A stretch of 58,969 nucleotides of DNA, the filler included, from Dugesia japonica (taxonomy: Eukaryota): the NCBI GenBank assembly GCA_001938525.1. It is 4 parts of 4 records of this genome, joined end to end, with 100 filler letters (N's around TTAATTAATTAA, not from the genome) between each part and the next. Parts side by side here need not be neighbours in the genome. Positions count along the whole stretch, not along the records: positions 26,667 to 35,972 come from MQRL01586056.1; positions 36,073 to 45,210 come from MQRL01622013.1; 2 more parts are not named here. The stretch is one strand, 5' to 3'. The first letter of the stretch is position 1; each line of letters begins with the position of its first letter. The notes beneath the pieces are model-generated. The model saw nothing but the letters and a program-made list of their open reading frames with translations, had not been told where the DNA came from and searched no databases. A program made the translations under genes and the position numbers. Below are positions 26,667-38,554 of this stretch, piece after piece.

Positions 26667-29658
26667 TTACAGGTGCTGACATTGATACTCGTTTTATAAA
26701 AATTCAAAATTGTAATATTTTTATATGTAGCCATTTAAGAGGTTTAAATTCCACCAAATATCTTTTTTCAAACAAAATTTAAAAAATTTTATTTAAAAAT
26801 CACCAAATTAATTATTCATAAAGTCTACATTTTATATATCTAACTAAAACGTAAATCTTTTTTAATAATTTTATGTTTTTCTAAAACAATTTTTTTGGCA
26901 GTATATAATTTGTAAGCAAAATAATGATGCGGTAATTGGTAATACCGTTTACCGAAAATGGAAACCCTACTTGTAATCTAACTGTTTGAGACTGACTTAA
27001 TGTTTACGAACCAAGCAAAATCATTCTGAGTAATCTGGATCGATCCAATTCAATAATATAATAGTTGTTAAATTTATGTATATATATATCATGGGAGTCC
27101 ACAGAATTATTTTTAGGGACGAGCAAAGTTTTAAAGTACTGGGACGGAGACAAACGAGAGGCTGCCTCGGCACCCTCATGATTAACGGGTATGCACAGCT
27201 AGCGTCGTAAGCTCTCCCAACTGTGTCTGAAGTGTATTCCAACCGCCAGCGCTTTTGCATTTGATACGATATGTGTCTGTTTCAAGCTATCTGCAATCCA
27301 GTTTTTAACTATATCTGAACGTATATTTCAGGAACAAAACTTAAAATTTTGGAAATTTATATATTTTTAAAATCTTTTAGGTTATCTTGACAAAACGATT
27401 GGATAAAAATTAAAATTTGAAAAAAAACATTGGCATAATGACATTCATTATGAAAAACTAAGATAATTTAATTTTCATGACTGAAGTCTAAAAACNACTC
27501 TGATTCTTATGAATTTTATTCTTGTTCTTGAAATAACAATTGCATTCGTTTGGGTTCTTGTCCAAACTGATTAATCACTGTTTCTATGAATTTTTCTTTT
27601 TAACAGTTGAAAAAGTATTAATAAGCAAGAATATGGTTAAACAAGTTAAAGATTTAATTTTACATGAAAAAATCAAAGAAGTTAAAATTGAAAATGATTT
27701 ATTAAAGAAACTTGAAAATCAAATTATTGAACAACAGAAAATAATTAGTAAATTAAAGAAATAAATTGGATAACGTGTGACTGCTTTGTTGGGCTAGAAC
27801 ACAAAAACGGGTGAAATAATAAAAAATGTAAAGATTGGGAAAGTTTTACGAAACTGGAGAAGAGCATACACAAAATTGATGAACTGGACCAGAAAATATT
27901 ATCAAAAAATCATTATTCTTATTATTATGGTCATTATTATTATGTAATTATTATTATTATAATTATTATGGGAATATCGTAAAATAACGGAAAATAAAAA
28001 TTGGGCGTAAAAGATCCAAATTTTATTTCACAAAAGTAAAAAGTGTATGAGAGGAAAGGAAAGGAAGCAGTTAATAAGAAAAATAAAATACGATATTATA
28101 ATAATTTATTAAAGGGGTCTCTGAGACCCTAAATAGCGTTAAATATTAATTATTATTGTAAATAAATTGGTCCAGTCATCAGTCCTTGTCTAGCTGACAA
28201 AAAATAAAACGAAAATCATCAACAAATTAGCTGAATCATTTCCTGCTAGACAAGGACTTCTCCTCAGTAACTATCAGAGGTCACACGAGGTTACTGATGA
28301 CGAGGAAGTCCATTCCGAGTTAGTGTGTCGAAATTAGTACGACACAATTTAGCCAAGAGATGCAAAACGAAGGAGAAGGAAACAGCAAGCAATCATAAAC
28401 CCAAATTGGACGAAAAACAATGCTGATTTGCAAACGAATGAGTCGTTCCAAGTTGGGGTGCTAACGAGAAAAAAAACTCGTTTGCACTGAAGAAATCGTC
28501 AGAACCACAATTTAATTTTTGCGAGAGTTGAATTTTAATTTTGTAATTTTATCATTGAATTTCGTTTTTCAAAGAAAATTTAGTTTCAAAAATCGGAGAA
28601 TAGATAATTGAAATAAAAGTAAATTTTAATTTTAATTTTAAAAATTTACCCCATTGTTTTTTTTTATATTATAAAATCTGAGTGTCCCAATTAACGGTCG
28701 TGCTCCCGGAGAACAGAAAAGCAAATTAAAAAAAATAACCGTGAGGAAAAATTAGCAAACCCACGATTACAACAAATGAGATTCGATTATATGATAGAAA
28801 AAGCAGAAATTGACTATCAAAGAAAAGAGACACCATCGATATTAATTTGAAACCGCAAGATGAATTATAATTGACAAATTCGACACGTCAAAATGAGATG
28901 TAATTGTTGTTAAATTACTTTACAGTTATGATAGAAGAATGAGAAATTAAATATCAAGGAAAAGAGATGCAATCTGTATTAATTTATAACCGCAACATAA
29001 GAGAAAATCGGCCAATCCAGAACACAAAAAAGGAGATGTAATTACGACCAAATAAATGTTAATTATGATAAAAAGAAAGAAAAATTGAATATCATGTAAA
29101 GGAGGTACAATCGAGATTAATTTATGATCGAAAAATGGGGAAAATTGGCTAATCCAACACTGAGGAAATGGAATTCAATTATTGATAGGTTATTGCAGAC
29201 ATAAAATGAACATGCAGAATGATCATTGCAGAAGGTGGGGAGCTCGATAAATGAACACTGAATACACTTTGAATTTGATAAATGATTTTGGTTTTGGGTT
29301 TCGGGCAGTTTTTCTTTATTTTTATAAATTTGTCTTTAAGTTTTAATACAGCCTATAATTGCTAAAAAATTGTGTTTTCATTAAATAATTGAGATTTAGT
29401 AACGTAATAAGTTATTTAATTATAAATAAACGACGAATAAGAAGTCGTATTTTCATGTTCCATATAACCATATTGAAAGTTTTTAACGGAGCTTCGAAGT
29501 AGTGGGAACCAGGGAAGATGTCTGCTATTGTAGACATCTTCTCTGATTCGTACTACTGAAGATCGTTATATTAATTGCCTTATTTTTACTTTGATTTATT
29601 TTTGAATCTCATTTAATATTATTATAATGTATTTTGATAAATTTATTTGGTAGAAACC

Positions 29659-30090
29659 ATGACTGAGTATTATAAATCTCCTATTCCGTTGGTCCATACT
29701 AACGACGGAAACGAAGGAACATTCTGGATTCCTTGGAGAAACACCGTTGAGCTATTGGAAGAACAGTGAGGAAAACACGAGAAAGAAAAAACGGAGTTAC
29801 TTCATAAAGGCGGTCAACTGGTGATGAAGTTTAGGAGTGTGAAGCAACAACTGATCACCACCCAGGCTACTCTGCTGAGGACCCAACAGGAGAACGTTCA
29901 GCTCCGGCAGGGGATGAAGCGGATAAAGGACGGAGTCAATGCGTTAATTCGGCTCCAGATGGACCAAGGAGCTTTGATAGGCCAGCTCGAAGAGCCAGTT
30001 TTAACAGTAACATCCGAAGATGCGGAATCTGGGTTGGCACATACGCTGGTCATCGCCAAAAAGGTATCGATGCTCGCACCAGATGACTAA
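29659..30090 (+). pseudogene. LTR-borne coiled-coil mini-gene 1 (144 codons, one internal TGA)
   Basis: ATG at 29659 just after a TAG acceptor, in frame with ORF 29821-30090. AATAAA at about 30103. Confidence 0.65.
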
Positions 30091-30423
30091 CTAATATGTG
30101 TGAATAAATATTGTTAAAAATTTTTTTATGTTATTGTGTTCATTTCTAATAGCGTGTTGATCAGATGTGATATGTATGTCACAGTGAGAGTAAAACATAT
30201 TTTGTGTTGAACGCAGAGGCCGTCATAGATTTAATGCATTTGATTGATCCTTATCTGATTCGGAGTAATAGCACAAAAACGGGAGCAATATTTAACCCAA
30301 TAGCTATTAAATAATTCTAGGTCTCGGATAATCAAAAAAACTCATAATATTTATTGTCTTTAATTATTTATATTCACATAGTCGGTTAAAGATATTGCAA
30401 TTGATTTTCGTCTTATTATTTAG

Positions 30424-30743
30424 TGAACTAATCCCATGATGAGAAAATATTTAAACGAGATGTAGTTGCAGCGCAGCAATGATGGAAGGAGGAGAGACGC
30501 GATTTGCGTAACGAAATCTTACAGCTCAAAAGCCAATTGAACCGATCATCGTCGAAATATGCTCAATTAAAAGAAAAAGAGTTGGCATTACAGCGGGCCA
30601 ACCGCCTTATGTCCGACACCATCAAAATTTATGCCGATCGCGAGGCCACGATGTTCCTCGCTCTGCGGACGTTGTGGTTAAATTACCGATCCCCAAAGCA
30701 ATCGACCGAAGTCATGGAGCAGACCGTCAATCTGGACTCCTAA
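30424..30743 (+). pseudogene. LTR-borne coiled-coil mini-gene 2 (terminal exon, one internal TGA)
   Basis: TTTAG acceptor at about 30423. DVVAAQQ*WKEERRDLRNEILQLKSQL... continues into ORF 30504-30743. AATAAA at about 30772. Confidence 0.6.
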
Positions 30744-31274
30744 TAACCGAAGGAGGAATTGAAGATTTATAAATAAATGTTGCTGGGTGTTGCTTTGAGT
30801 ACTTCTTGAACTATAGTATTAATTGATGAGATGCGCTTATCATATTTGTTTTTACTGAGCATGTGAGATTATTACTATCAGGGTTCATGTATTCAGTGAG
30901 TAAGACGCGATACCGCAAAGTCGCGCTGAACCGGTGGAAATAAAGGGGCATGTCACAGAAGTGACATAAATACTTGTGGTTTTTAGGGATGCCCCTAGAT
31001 TTTGTGATGAAAGTTTAAATATACAAAGGAAATTGTGAGAGTAGCGACTATTCTAAAACAGCAAATCCTAAAAACCCAACAGCTTTATTAATTTTATATT
31101 AAATTACAATTTAGATTTAGAAAGTGTTTTATGCATAAGACACTTTTTCATTTAGAAATAGTCTCACGCTTCAGACATTTTTTATTTTAGATTTTAGAAA
31201 TTAATCACTTTAATATTAAAAATAGTCTTACGCGTAAGACACTTTTTTAATAAATTTGGCTGCAGTCACCAACT

Positions 31275-34200
31275 TTATATTGAACTACAATTTAATTTTT
31301 GTTTTAATTTATTTAATCTTAAATACCACTGATTACAAATTTCATATTTAAACTTATTTCCCTGAGGCCATGTTCTTATTCCATTGTCTTCAATTAGTCT
31401 TTTGTCATCATAGCACGTTAAAGCTATTTCTTTTGTTCAACAAACTCAATTTCATGTTTATGTGATTTTAAACTATTATTAGTTCCATAAATTATTTCAT
31501 TTGACTCTAAAGCTTTATCGAATTCTTTCATACCTATTTCATTAAATTTAGAAACAACTTTATATATTTTATCTAACTTGTTGGTATCAAATTTGTAAGC
31601 ATAACTTTTTGATTTAATAAAATCACATTTAGTAATTTCATTATTTGGTTTCTCATCTTTCCATTGAAATAAATTATTACCTAATAAACTTTCTACTTGA
31701 GTTAAATTATTTCTTCCAATAATTTCTACAAAATATAAATCTGTATCACTATAATGAATTTTATACTTGTTTGGTATTGCATTATCTAATTGATTATAAA
31801 TAAAGTCATAAATTACTTCTTTAACGTATTCTAAAATAGTGAAACCAATATATAGGAATTTATTATATTTTAATTTTGATTGTCTCAAATGAATAGCTGC
31901 TGTTTCTGCTCGCTTGGTTTCTGTACATGTAAATATTTTACTAGATCTAAAATTTTTCTTTATCTGTTCCAACTATTTCTACATTACATATTTTTCCTAT
32001 GCCTTCTAAAGTCTTTCCATAAAATCATTATTTAATAATTTAAAGAAACAATCTCCAAATACATCGTTATTTCTTTTTGATTCATTTCTTTGATTAATAT
32101 TAAATTCAGTGTAATCTTTTAACCAAGCTTTTGTTGGAAAGATATATTTCGAATGCATTTTTTTATTTTCATTCCTAATTTTAAATATAAATCTAATGTA
32201 GAACCCAAAACAATATAATTTTGTTTATCAAATTGATTCAATGTTAATTTAATATTTTTCTTGAATAATTTCTTGCTAAATGATAATTGATATGGTCTTA
32301 ACATTTCTTCTTTAATATTTATTCTATCAGGATATAGAGGAAAATACTTTGTCTTTTCATGTATTTCTGGAGGATATTCTATATAAACTTCATAAATGTA
32401 ATTAATTTCTGAGGTTGATTTTTTATATTCCAAGTTGTTAGATTCAATTATTTCACCAGCTGATAAAGATTTTGTCATGCAATAGACATAAAGACTGTTT
32501 TCATCAATATATTTAATAAATGTATCTTCAAAATAATCTTGTGAAAATATTTGTTTTCCTTGTAATAATAAATTTAATAAATCATTCNNNNNNNNNNNNN
32601 NNNNNNNNNNNNNNNNNNNNNNNNNNNNNNNNNNNNNNNNNNNNNNNNNNNNNNNNNNNNNNNNNNNNNAGAAACCACCTCTAACACCTCTTTCTATTTT
32701 TAGAAATATGTTGTAAGTATCTTCTTGTGCATATTTTAGTTTCTGATTTGTGAATTTCATTCCTGCAGCCCAAGTTAATTCTGGAGCTGAGTAACAATAG
32801 CTTGGATGTATTTGATAATTATTTAAACAAATCAATCTAAAGTTTTCAAAAAAATCTGCTAAAATAATTACATATAATTTCATATAAAACATCATATAAT
32901 CAGATAAATTATTAAAACTTTGGAAATCTTGTAAAAATTGATTGTATTCTTGTTCAGTTATTTTTTGTTGTTTTAGTTTATTGTTCAAATCTTCTTTTGC
33001 CGGAACTCTACCTAATTTTAATAATTCAATTACTTGATTAATGTTTTCTCGTTTTACATATTCACATGAAAATTATATTTTCTTTGGAATGAGATTAAAT
33101 GATATTAAATGATTATATTTTCTTGATTGATTTAATAATTTACCCATTGTGCCAATCAATGTAAAAGGACACATTCTTGAAGAATCTAAAACTCTGATGT
33201 GTCTAAATTCAAAGGAAATGTACACTTCATCTGAATGTGGAATTATTCTTTTTACTTCAGTTAGATATTTTATTAATAATTCTTTGAAAAATAAATGATT
33301 GTCATAACCAGATTCATTGTGAAAATAAAATGGTATAAATAATTCTTTTATAGTTTTATCTTATAAGTTACAATTTGAATGAGGATAACTTCTGAATTCC
33401 CCATTAAAGTGGTCATGATCAATAACTAGATTTTCAGTTATCTTTTTATTACAATATCTACATTTGGATGATCAGTTCTAGTATAATATTCAATTAATTT
33501 ATTTTCTTTTATATCTTTTAATTTATTATTAATCTCTTCTAAAAATTGAAAGAACTGTTGATGTATATTCTCTCCATAAAATTCTTTATATTCATTTTCA
33601 ATTAAATGTTGATATTTACTTTTGATGTAAATTCTTAGAGATAAAGGTTTTTGTTTTTTGGTAATTATACTAGTCCAACTTTCGAAATCACCATAAATTA
33701 CAAATGGTAATTCAAATGGTAAATATTTATCATTTTCAAAATATACTTTAGATGAATTGTGGTTAAAACATTAATTCCACAATAATTTTTAGATCTTTTT
33801 TGATAGTAATTCTTTTATTACTTGAATATGAATTAAATACTCTTTCTTCATCTTCTTTAGTATAATTACAATTTACACTCAATCGTAACCCAAACTTTTT
33901 TGAATTATCAAAATAAATATCAACAATTTTACTAATTTCATTTTTAAACCAAGATATTAATTTAAAATTTAATTTTTTACATTTCTAGTTAATTCAATTT
34001 TACTTTCTTTAAAATATTCAATTTTATAATACTTTATATTTTTTAAATGTTTAAATAATTTTCGAGTTTCATTCCTTTCAAAATCAGTTGCAGGTAATTC
34101 ATCAAATAAATTTTTAGTTTCTTCTCTCAATTTTAAAACACGATCTTTGTGTATTCCACATTTAAAATGAGATCTTGCATGGTTTTCTCTAGTGAATGTT

Positions 34201-34430
34201 AAATTGCAAATATCACAAAATAATAGAACTGCATCAACCCTATTTGAACCCCTACTATTTCCGGGTCGCTCCGCTCCACAATTTGTGGAGTTTTTATGTA
34301 ATATCAAACCTTTTTCCCTTGCTAATCTTTTGAAACAAATGTTACACGTGTAATATTCGTACACTGATCTTGCACAGGTTCTATATTGATTATGCGACGA
34401 CAACCCCGCGTTATTTTTAAAAGTATTGTT
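31275..34430 (-). pseudogene. Polinton/alphadintovirus-type protein-primed DNA polymerase B with N-terminal zinc fingers and an endonuclease VII-like domain
   Basis: Motifs in order: zinc fingers (CNIC...H, CDIC...H...H), FVIYGDFES, VIDHDHFNGEFRSYPHSNCNL, FHNESGYD, LADFFENFR, IERGVRGG, YIDENSLY, KLLNN, GFTILE, YSDTDL, KSKSYA, CYDDKR. Multiple frameshifts and stops. Confidence 0.93.
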
Positions 34431-35121
34431 AGTAGGTAGATAGTGGCGCACTAGCCCACCCCCTCCCCGCGTGGGAAAAAAAAATTTTGTCGAGAAATTT
34501 TTTTCGACAAATTTTTTTTGTCAAGAAATTTTTTTCGATAATTTTTTTTATTTTGCGCGCGAATTTAAATTCGAATTGTAGAAACAATTATAGGGTTGAG
34601 CGCGCAATTTGATGGCGCNNNNNNNNNNNNNNNNNNNNNNNNNNNNNNNNNNNNNNNNNNNNNNNNNNNNNNNNNNNNNNNNNNNNNNNNNNNNNNNNNN
34701 NNNNNNNNNNNTTTTTCGACTTGAAACCAATTGCAATCTTCAGGAAATTAAAAACTGCCTATACATTACCTAAATTACTACTAACACACACACCTTTGAA
34801 GGTTTCAAAGGGGTCTGGAGCGGTCATTTAAAAATATTTTTGCCAAACATCATATAAAAATATTATGGAGAATTAAATTCTCTACATTTTGCGTATTTAA
34901 ATTTTGACGAGAACTTCGTTTCTGATGAGATATTCACCATTTCTAAATTTGGACTGTAGGGGCCCCATTGAAGTTTTTTGACATTTTGAAATTTATTTAG
35001 TTGTAAAGTAAATTGAAAAGTACCTATACATTGTCTAAAGGACTAGTATCGAAAAATCCTTGCTTCATGGTGAAAAATGAGGTCTATGTCTAGTAGGTAG
35101 ATAGTGGCGCACTAGCCCACC
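34430..35121. repeat. Segment bounded by a 31-bp direct repeat that truncates the pPolB 5' end
   Basis: TAGTAGGTAGATAGTGGCGCACTAGCCCACC at 34430-34460 and 35091-35121. Internal palindromic TTTTGTCGAGAAA/TTTCGACAAA repeats. Confidence 0.8.
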
Positions 35122-36778
35122 TGTACCTTATTAGCACATAGAAAAGTGCTATGGTAAAAACGTAGGTATCGTTGGACGCGTAATTTTATGACGAGCACGA
35201 TGGTGCATTTATATTTGTAGTCCAATGTAAAGGTAAAACGTTATTAAACATTTAATATTTGAAAATGGCGTACAGCCACCACCTTTAAAGATATGACTTT
35301 GAAATTTTTACCAGTGGATAGACAATTAAAACCTACCTATACATTACTTATAAGACTAATATCATAAAGTGCTTCATTTTATCACAAATTTGAAAATTTG
35401 AAACAAAGAACTTTTTTTTGAATTATAATTTTTAATTTAAATTTTAATTTTGAAAATTTTTTTTTAATTTTTTATTTTTTTTAAAATTTTTTTGTTTTTT
35501 TCTGAAATTACAGGAAATGAAAAAGTAAAATAGGAATGCAACAAGAACTTATATATTAAAATATTTAATTCCTAATAAAAATTTAGTTTCAATTTTTTTT
35601 TAAATTTTTTTTTGTTTTTAAATTTTTTTTTTAATTATTTTTTTTATTGTTATAACCTAAATAAAATAAAGAAATAAAGACATTAATACATTTATTTTAA
35701 TTGACAACAATACATTTAATTAACTACAATGTTTTTTNNNNNNNNNNNNNNNNNTTATTGTATTTATAAATTTCCTCTTCAAATCCTTCTTAACATCTTC
35801 ACATTCTTCTTTATGGTACATGTGATAAATTTCAAAAACCTTCACGATATCTATCCCGATAAATTGTTACATTTTCTCCCAAAATATTTCTGGTGCCTAA
35901 TATGAGGATTCATCCTGGTGGTTTGGATAGATATTGTCGAGTAAATCAACAAATGACTCTAAAAACTAATTANNNNNNNNNNNNNNNNNNNNNNNNNNNN
36001 NNNNNNNNNNNNNNNNTTAATTAATTAANNNNNNNNNNNNNNNNNNNNNNNNNNNNNNNNNNNNNNNNNNNNTATATGAGCTTATTGATTAAATGTTTCG
36101 AAATTACATGAACTTCTATTTAATATTTTTCAAACATTATAATTATAACTGTGATCTACAATAAATTTATGCATTAACTAACCTATAAGTTGAAATCATA
36201 AATTTCGTAATTTTATGTTTGAAATAATTTATAATAGAAATATTGGATAAATTACAATTTCTAATTTTGATGATTACTTAGATTTCGTATAGTAGATATT
36301 TGAAAACCTCTTCAAACATGGAAACATCGTAAATTTGATATTCAATTTGAAAAAATTTTAATTATAAATTACTTTTTCATTAGTTTTACAAAATTAAACT
36401 ACAAGTTTATTATTAATTAAATGAATTTCATTTTATTACATGACTGCCTTTTTGTAATTATTAATGGTGGTTGCTAACAAAATTGTTACCAATTCTTATG
36501 AAACAATAGATGTTTAACAAAGGTAAAATTTTTCTTAGAATTGATAGAGATTATAATTGGTTCCAAGGACATTAGCAATTACAAAAATTACATGGTGAAG
36601 CCTGAAAATATTTTCGTCCATAATTATTTCATTTAATAATAATTTTTTAGTGTCATTGGAGAATTTATGAAACGGGAATTTTAGTTTTAATTATATTCTA
36701 AAAAACCTTCATAAAATAAATATTTTGAAAACTGCATTAAATAAGGAATCAACACATAAATGAGTAAGCACATAATAC

Positions 36779-37510
36779 CGCATTTGGCTACCTCCATCCG
36801 GGGTGAGAGAATACCTTTTCCCGATCATAATGTACCTTATTATTTGGCTGGCTGAAACCTTTTGCAAGAATAATATATGGCAATCTAAACTCCTGTGATT
36901 GTTCATTAGCTATTCGTTTTATATTTTTACATCGATGTTCCATAACCATTTCCAGATCATAACAAATTTCTTTGCCATGTTTGTGAATTAGTTATAAAGT
37001 TTTAAGTTTGCAGTCAGATTTTTGTATATTTTATTCTTAAAAGTTAGATATTAGACATTTATTTGGAACAACAATGGATAAAACGTAACACAAAAACATT
37101 GAATACGAAGTAAAAGAATTGGAGTGATTTACTTTCAAAATTTTTGGATATAATTAGTTTTTAGCAAAACAAAATTTAGCTTTACGGAGTAATTAGGAAA
37201 ATAATAACTGCATAGAATCAACAGAAAATGGAGGTAACTATTTAGAGTTGGTTCATTAAAGAAATGCTCAGTGCTGTGTGAGGATATTCTTAAAATAAAA
37301 CTAAGAATAAAAATATAACGCATGTGTTACCCACATTTCAAAACAAATTGATTGAAATAATGGGACAAAAATAAAAAATCCAAAATAATTGAGGATATAA
37401 AAAAGGCAAAATACTTTCAATCATATTTGGTTCCAATCAGCTAAATAATATGGTACGTTATGATAGGAAAAAGGCATTCTCTCACCCCGGATTGAGGTAG
37501 CCATTATGCG
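36779..37510. mobile_element. TIR element (about 80-bp TIRs) containing a ZMYM1-like hAT transposase fragment
   Basis: GGCTACCTCCATCCGGGGTGAGAGAAT... is inverted at 37430-37510. Internal plus-strand LAKQNLALR, GNYLELV, PTFQNKLIEIMG and IIEDIKKAKYF. Confidence 0.7.
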
Positions 37511-37634
37511 CAATGACACGTTTTAACATTTAATATGAACATTTTCTATATTGAAATTGCTTTTTTTATTATTAATTTAAGTTTGTAGAGAATAAAATTA
37601 TTGAAAAGAAAATAAAATTATAACAATCTGTGAT

Positions 37635-38003
37635 CAGTGGCAGATTTATCTATGGGTTAAATAAGCTCAAGCCTAGGGCTCGAGTTTTAGGGGGCATACA
37701 ATCGAGGTTTACTAAATTAATAATGAACTTTTACGCGCAAAAATCTATATTTATTTAAAATTCAAACACTTAAACTGATTTCAACTTAAAGGTTAGTTAA
37801 TGCATAAATTTATCATAGATCACAGTTATAATTATAATATAAATTATACTAATCAGAATATATTACATTAAACATACTATAGTATTGATATGTTTTATTA
37901 TAATTTGTGATGTCTTTTAAAAATATGAAAATTTGATATGGAGGGGCAGTCCTGTGTAGAGCCAGAACTCTATAGTGACTCCCGTCATTTAAGCCTGGCA
38001 CTG
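37635..38003. mobile_element. hAT-type MITE
   Basis: CAGTGGCAGATTTA...TTTAAGCCTGGCACTG termini. 8-bp TSD TCTGTGAT/TCTGTAAT. Confidence 0.75.
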
Positions 38004-38554
38004 TCTGTAATGATTTGAATATAAAGTTTAGATGATTCAAATTCTTAGAACCACATAACTTAGTTTATATCAACAGGAGAAATTACAAATAATCAATAAT
38101 CATTAACAGATTAATCGCCGTGCGTTGTGTTGATCATATTTATTTCACACACAGAAATACTATTTGAATTAAATTTAAATATTTATAAAATGGTAAAATG
38201 GCTCAAGTTTCACAAATTTTCACTTTATGGGGATTCTCATGTTTAAATTTTCCTTCCTAGTTTAAAAATTCCTTCATTTTCGAATTATTCTTTTCTACAA
38301 TTCTAAGGTAATAACTAATTTCAACCATTTTTAATTTAATTCATTTAATATAATATTTGTTTACTAAAACTTTATTTGCCGTATAATAGCTACTATTTCT
38401 AAAAGTCTTTATCATTTGTCCATTTTCTTCAATAGTTAGTTGCTGGGCAAGAAAACCAACTTGAAATTCAAATATTTATGATGGTCTTAATATCTTCATA
38501 TACATATTACGTTTAGTAGCATTAAAATTAGCTCTATACATAAAATATGTTATA

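Larger units (their letters stand above)
27787..31081 (+). mobile_element. Giant solo LTR (3295 bp) carrying two coiled-coil mini-genes
   Basis: TGTTGGG...CCCAACA termini with an exact 4-bp TSD GCTT (27783-27786 and 31082-31085). No gag or pol recognised inside. Confidence 0.85.

Noticed and set aside
31040-31050. AGTAGCGAC as a Polinton terminus
   Set aside because: It lies inside the TSD-flanked LTR that ends at 31081.
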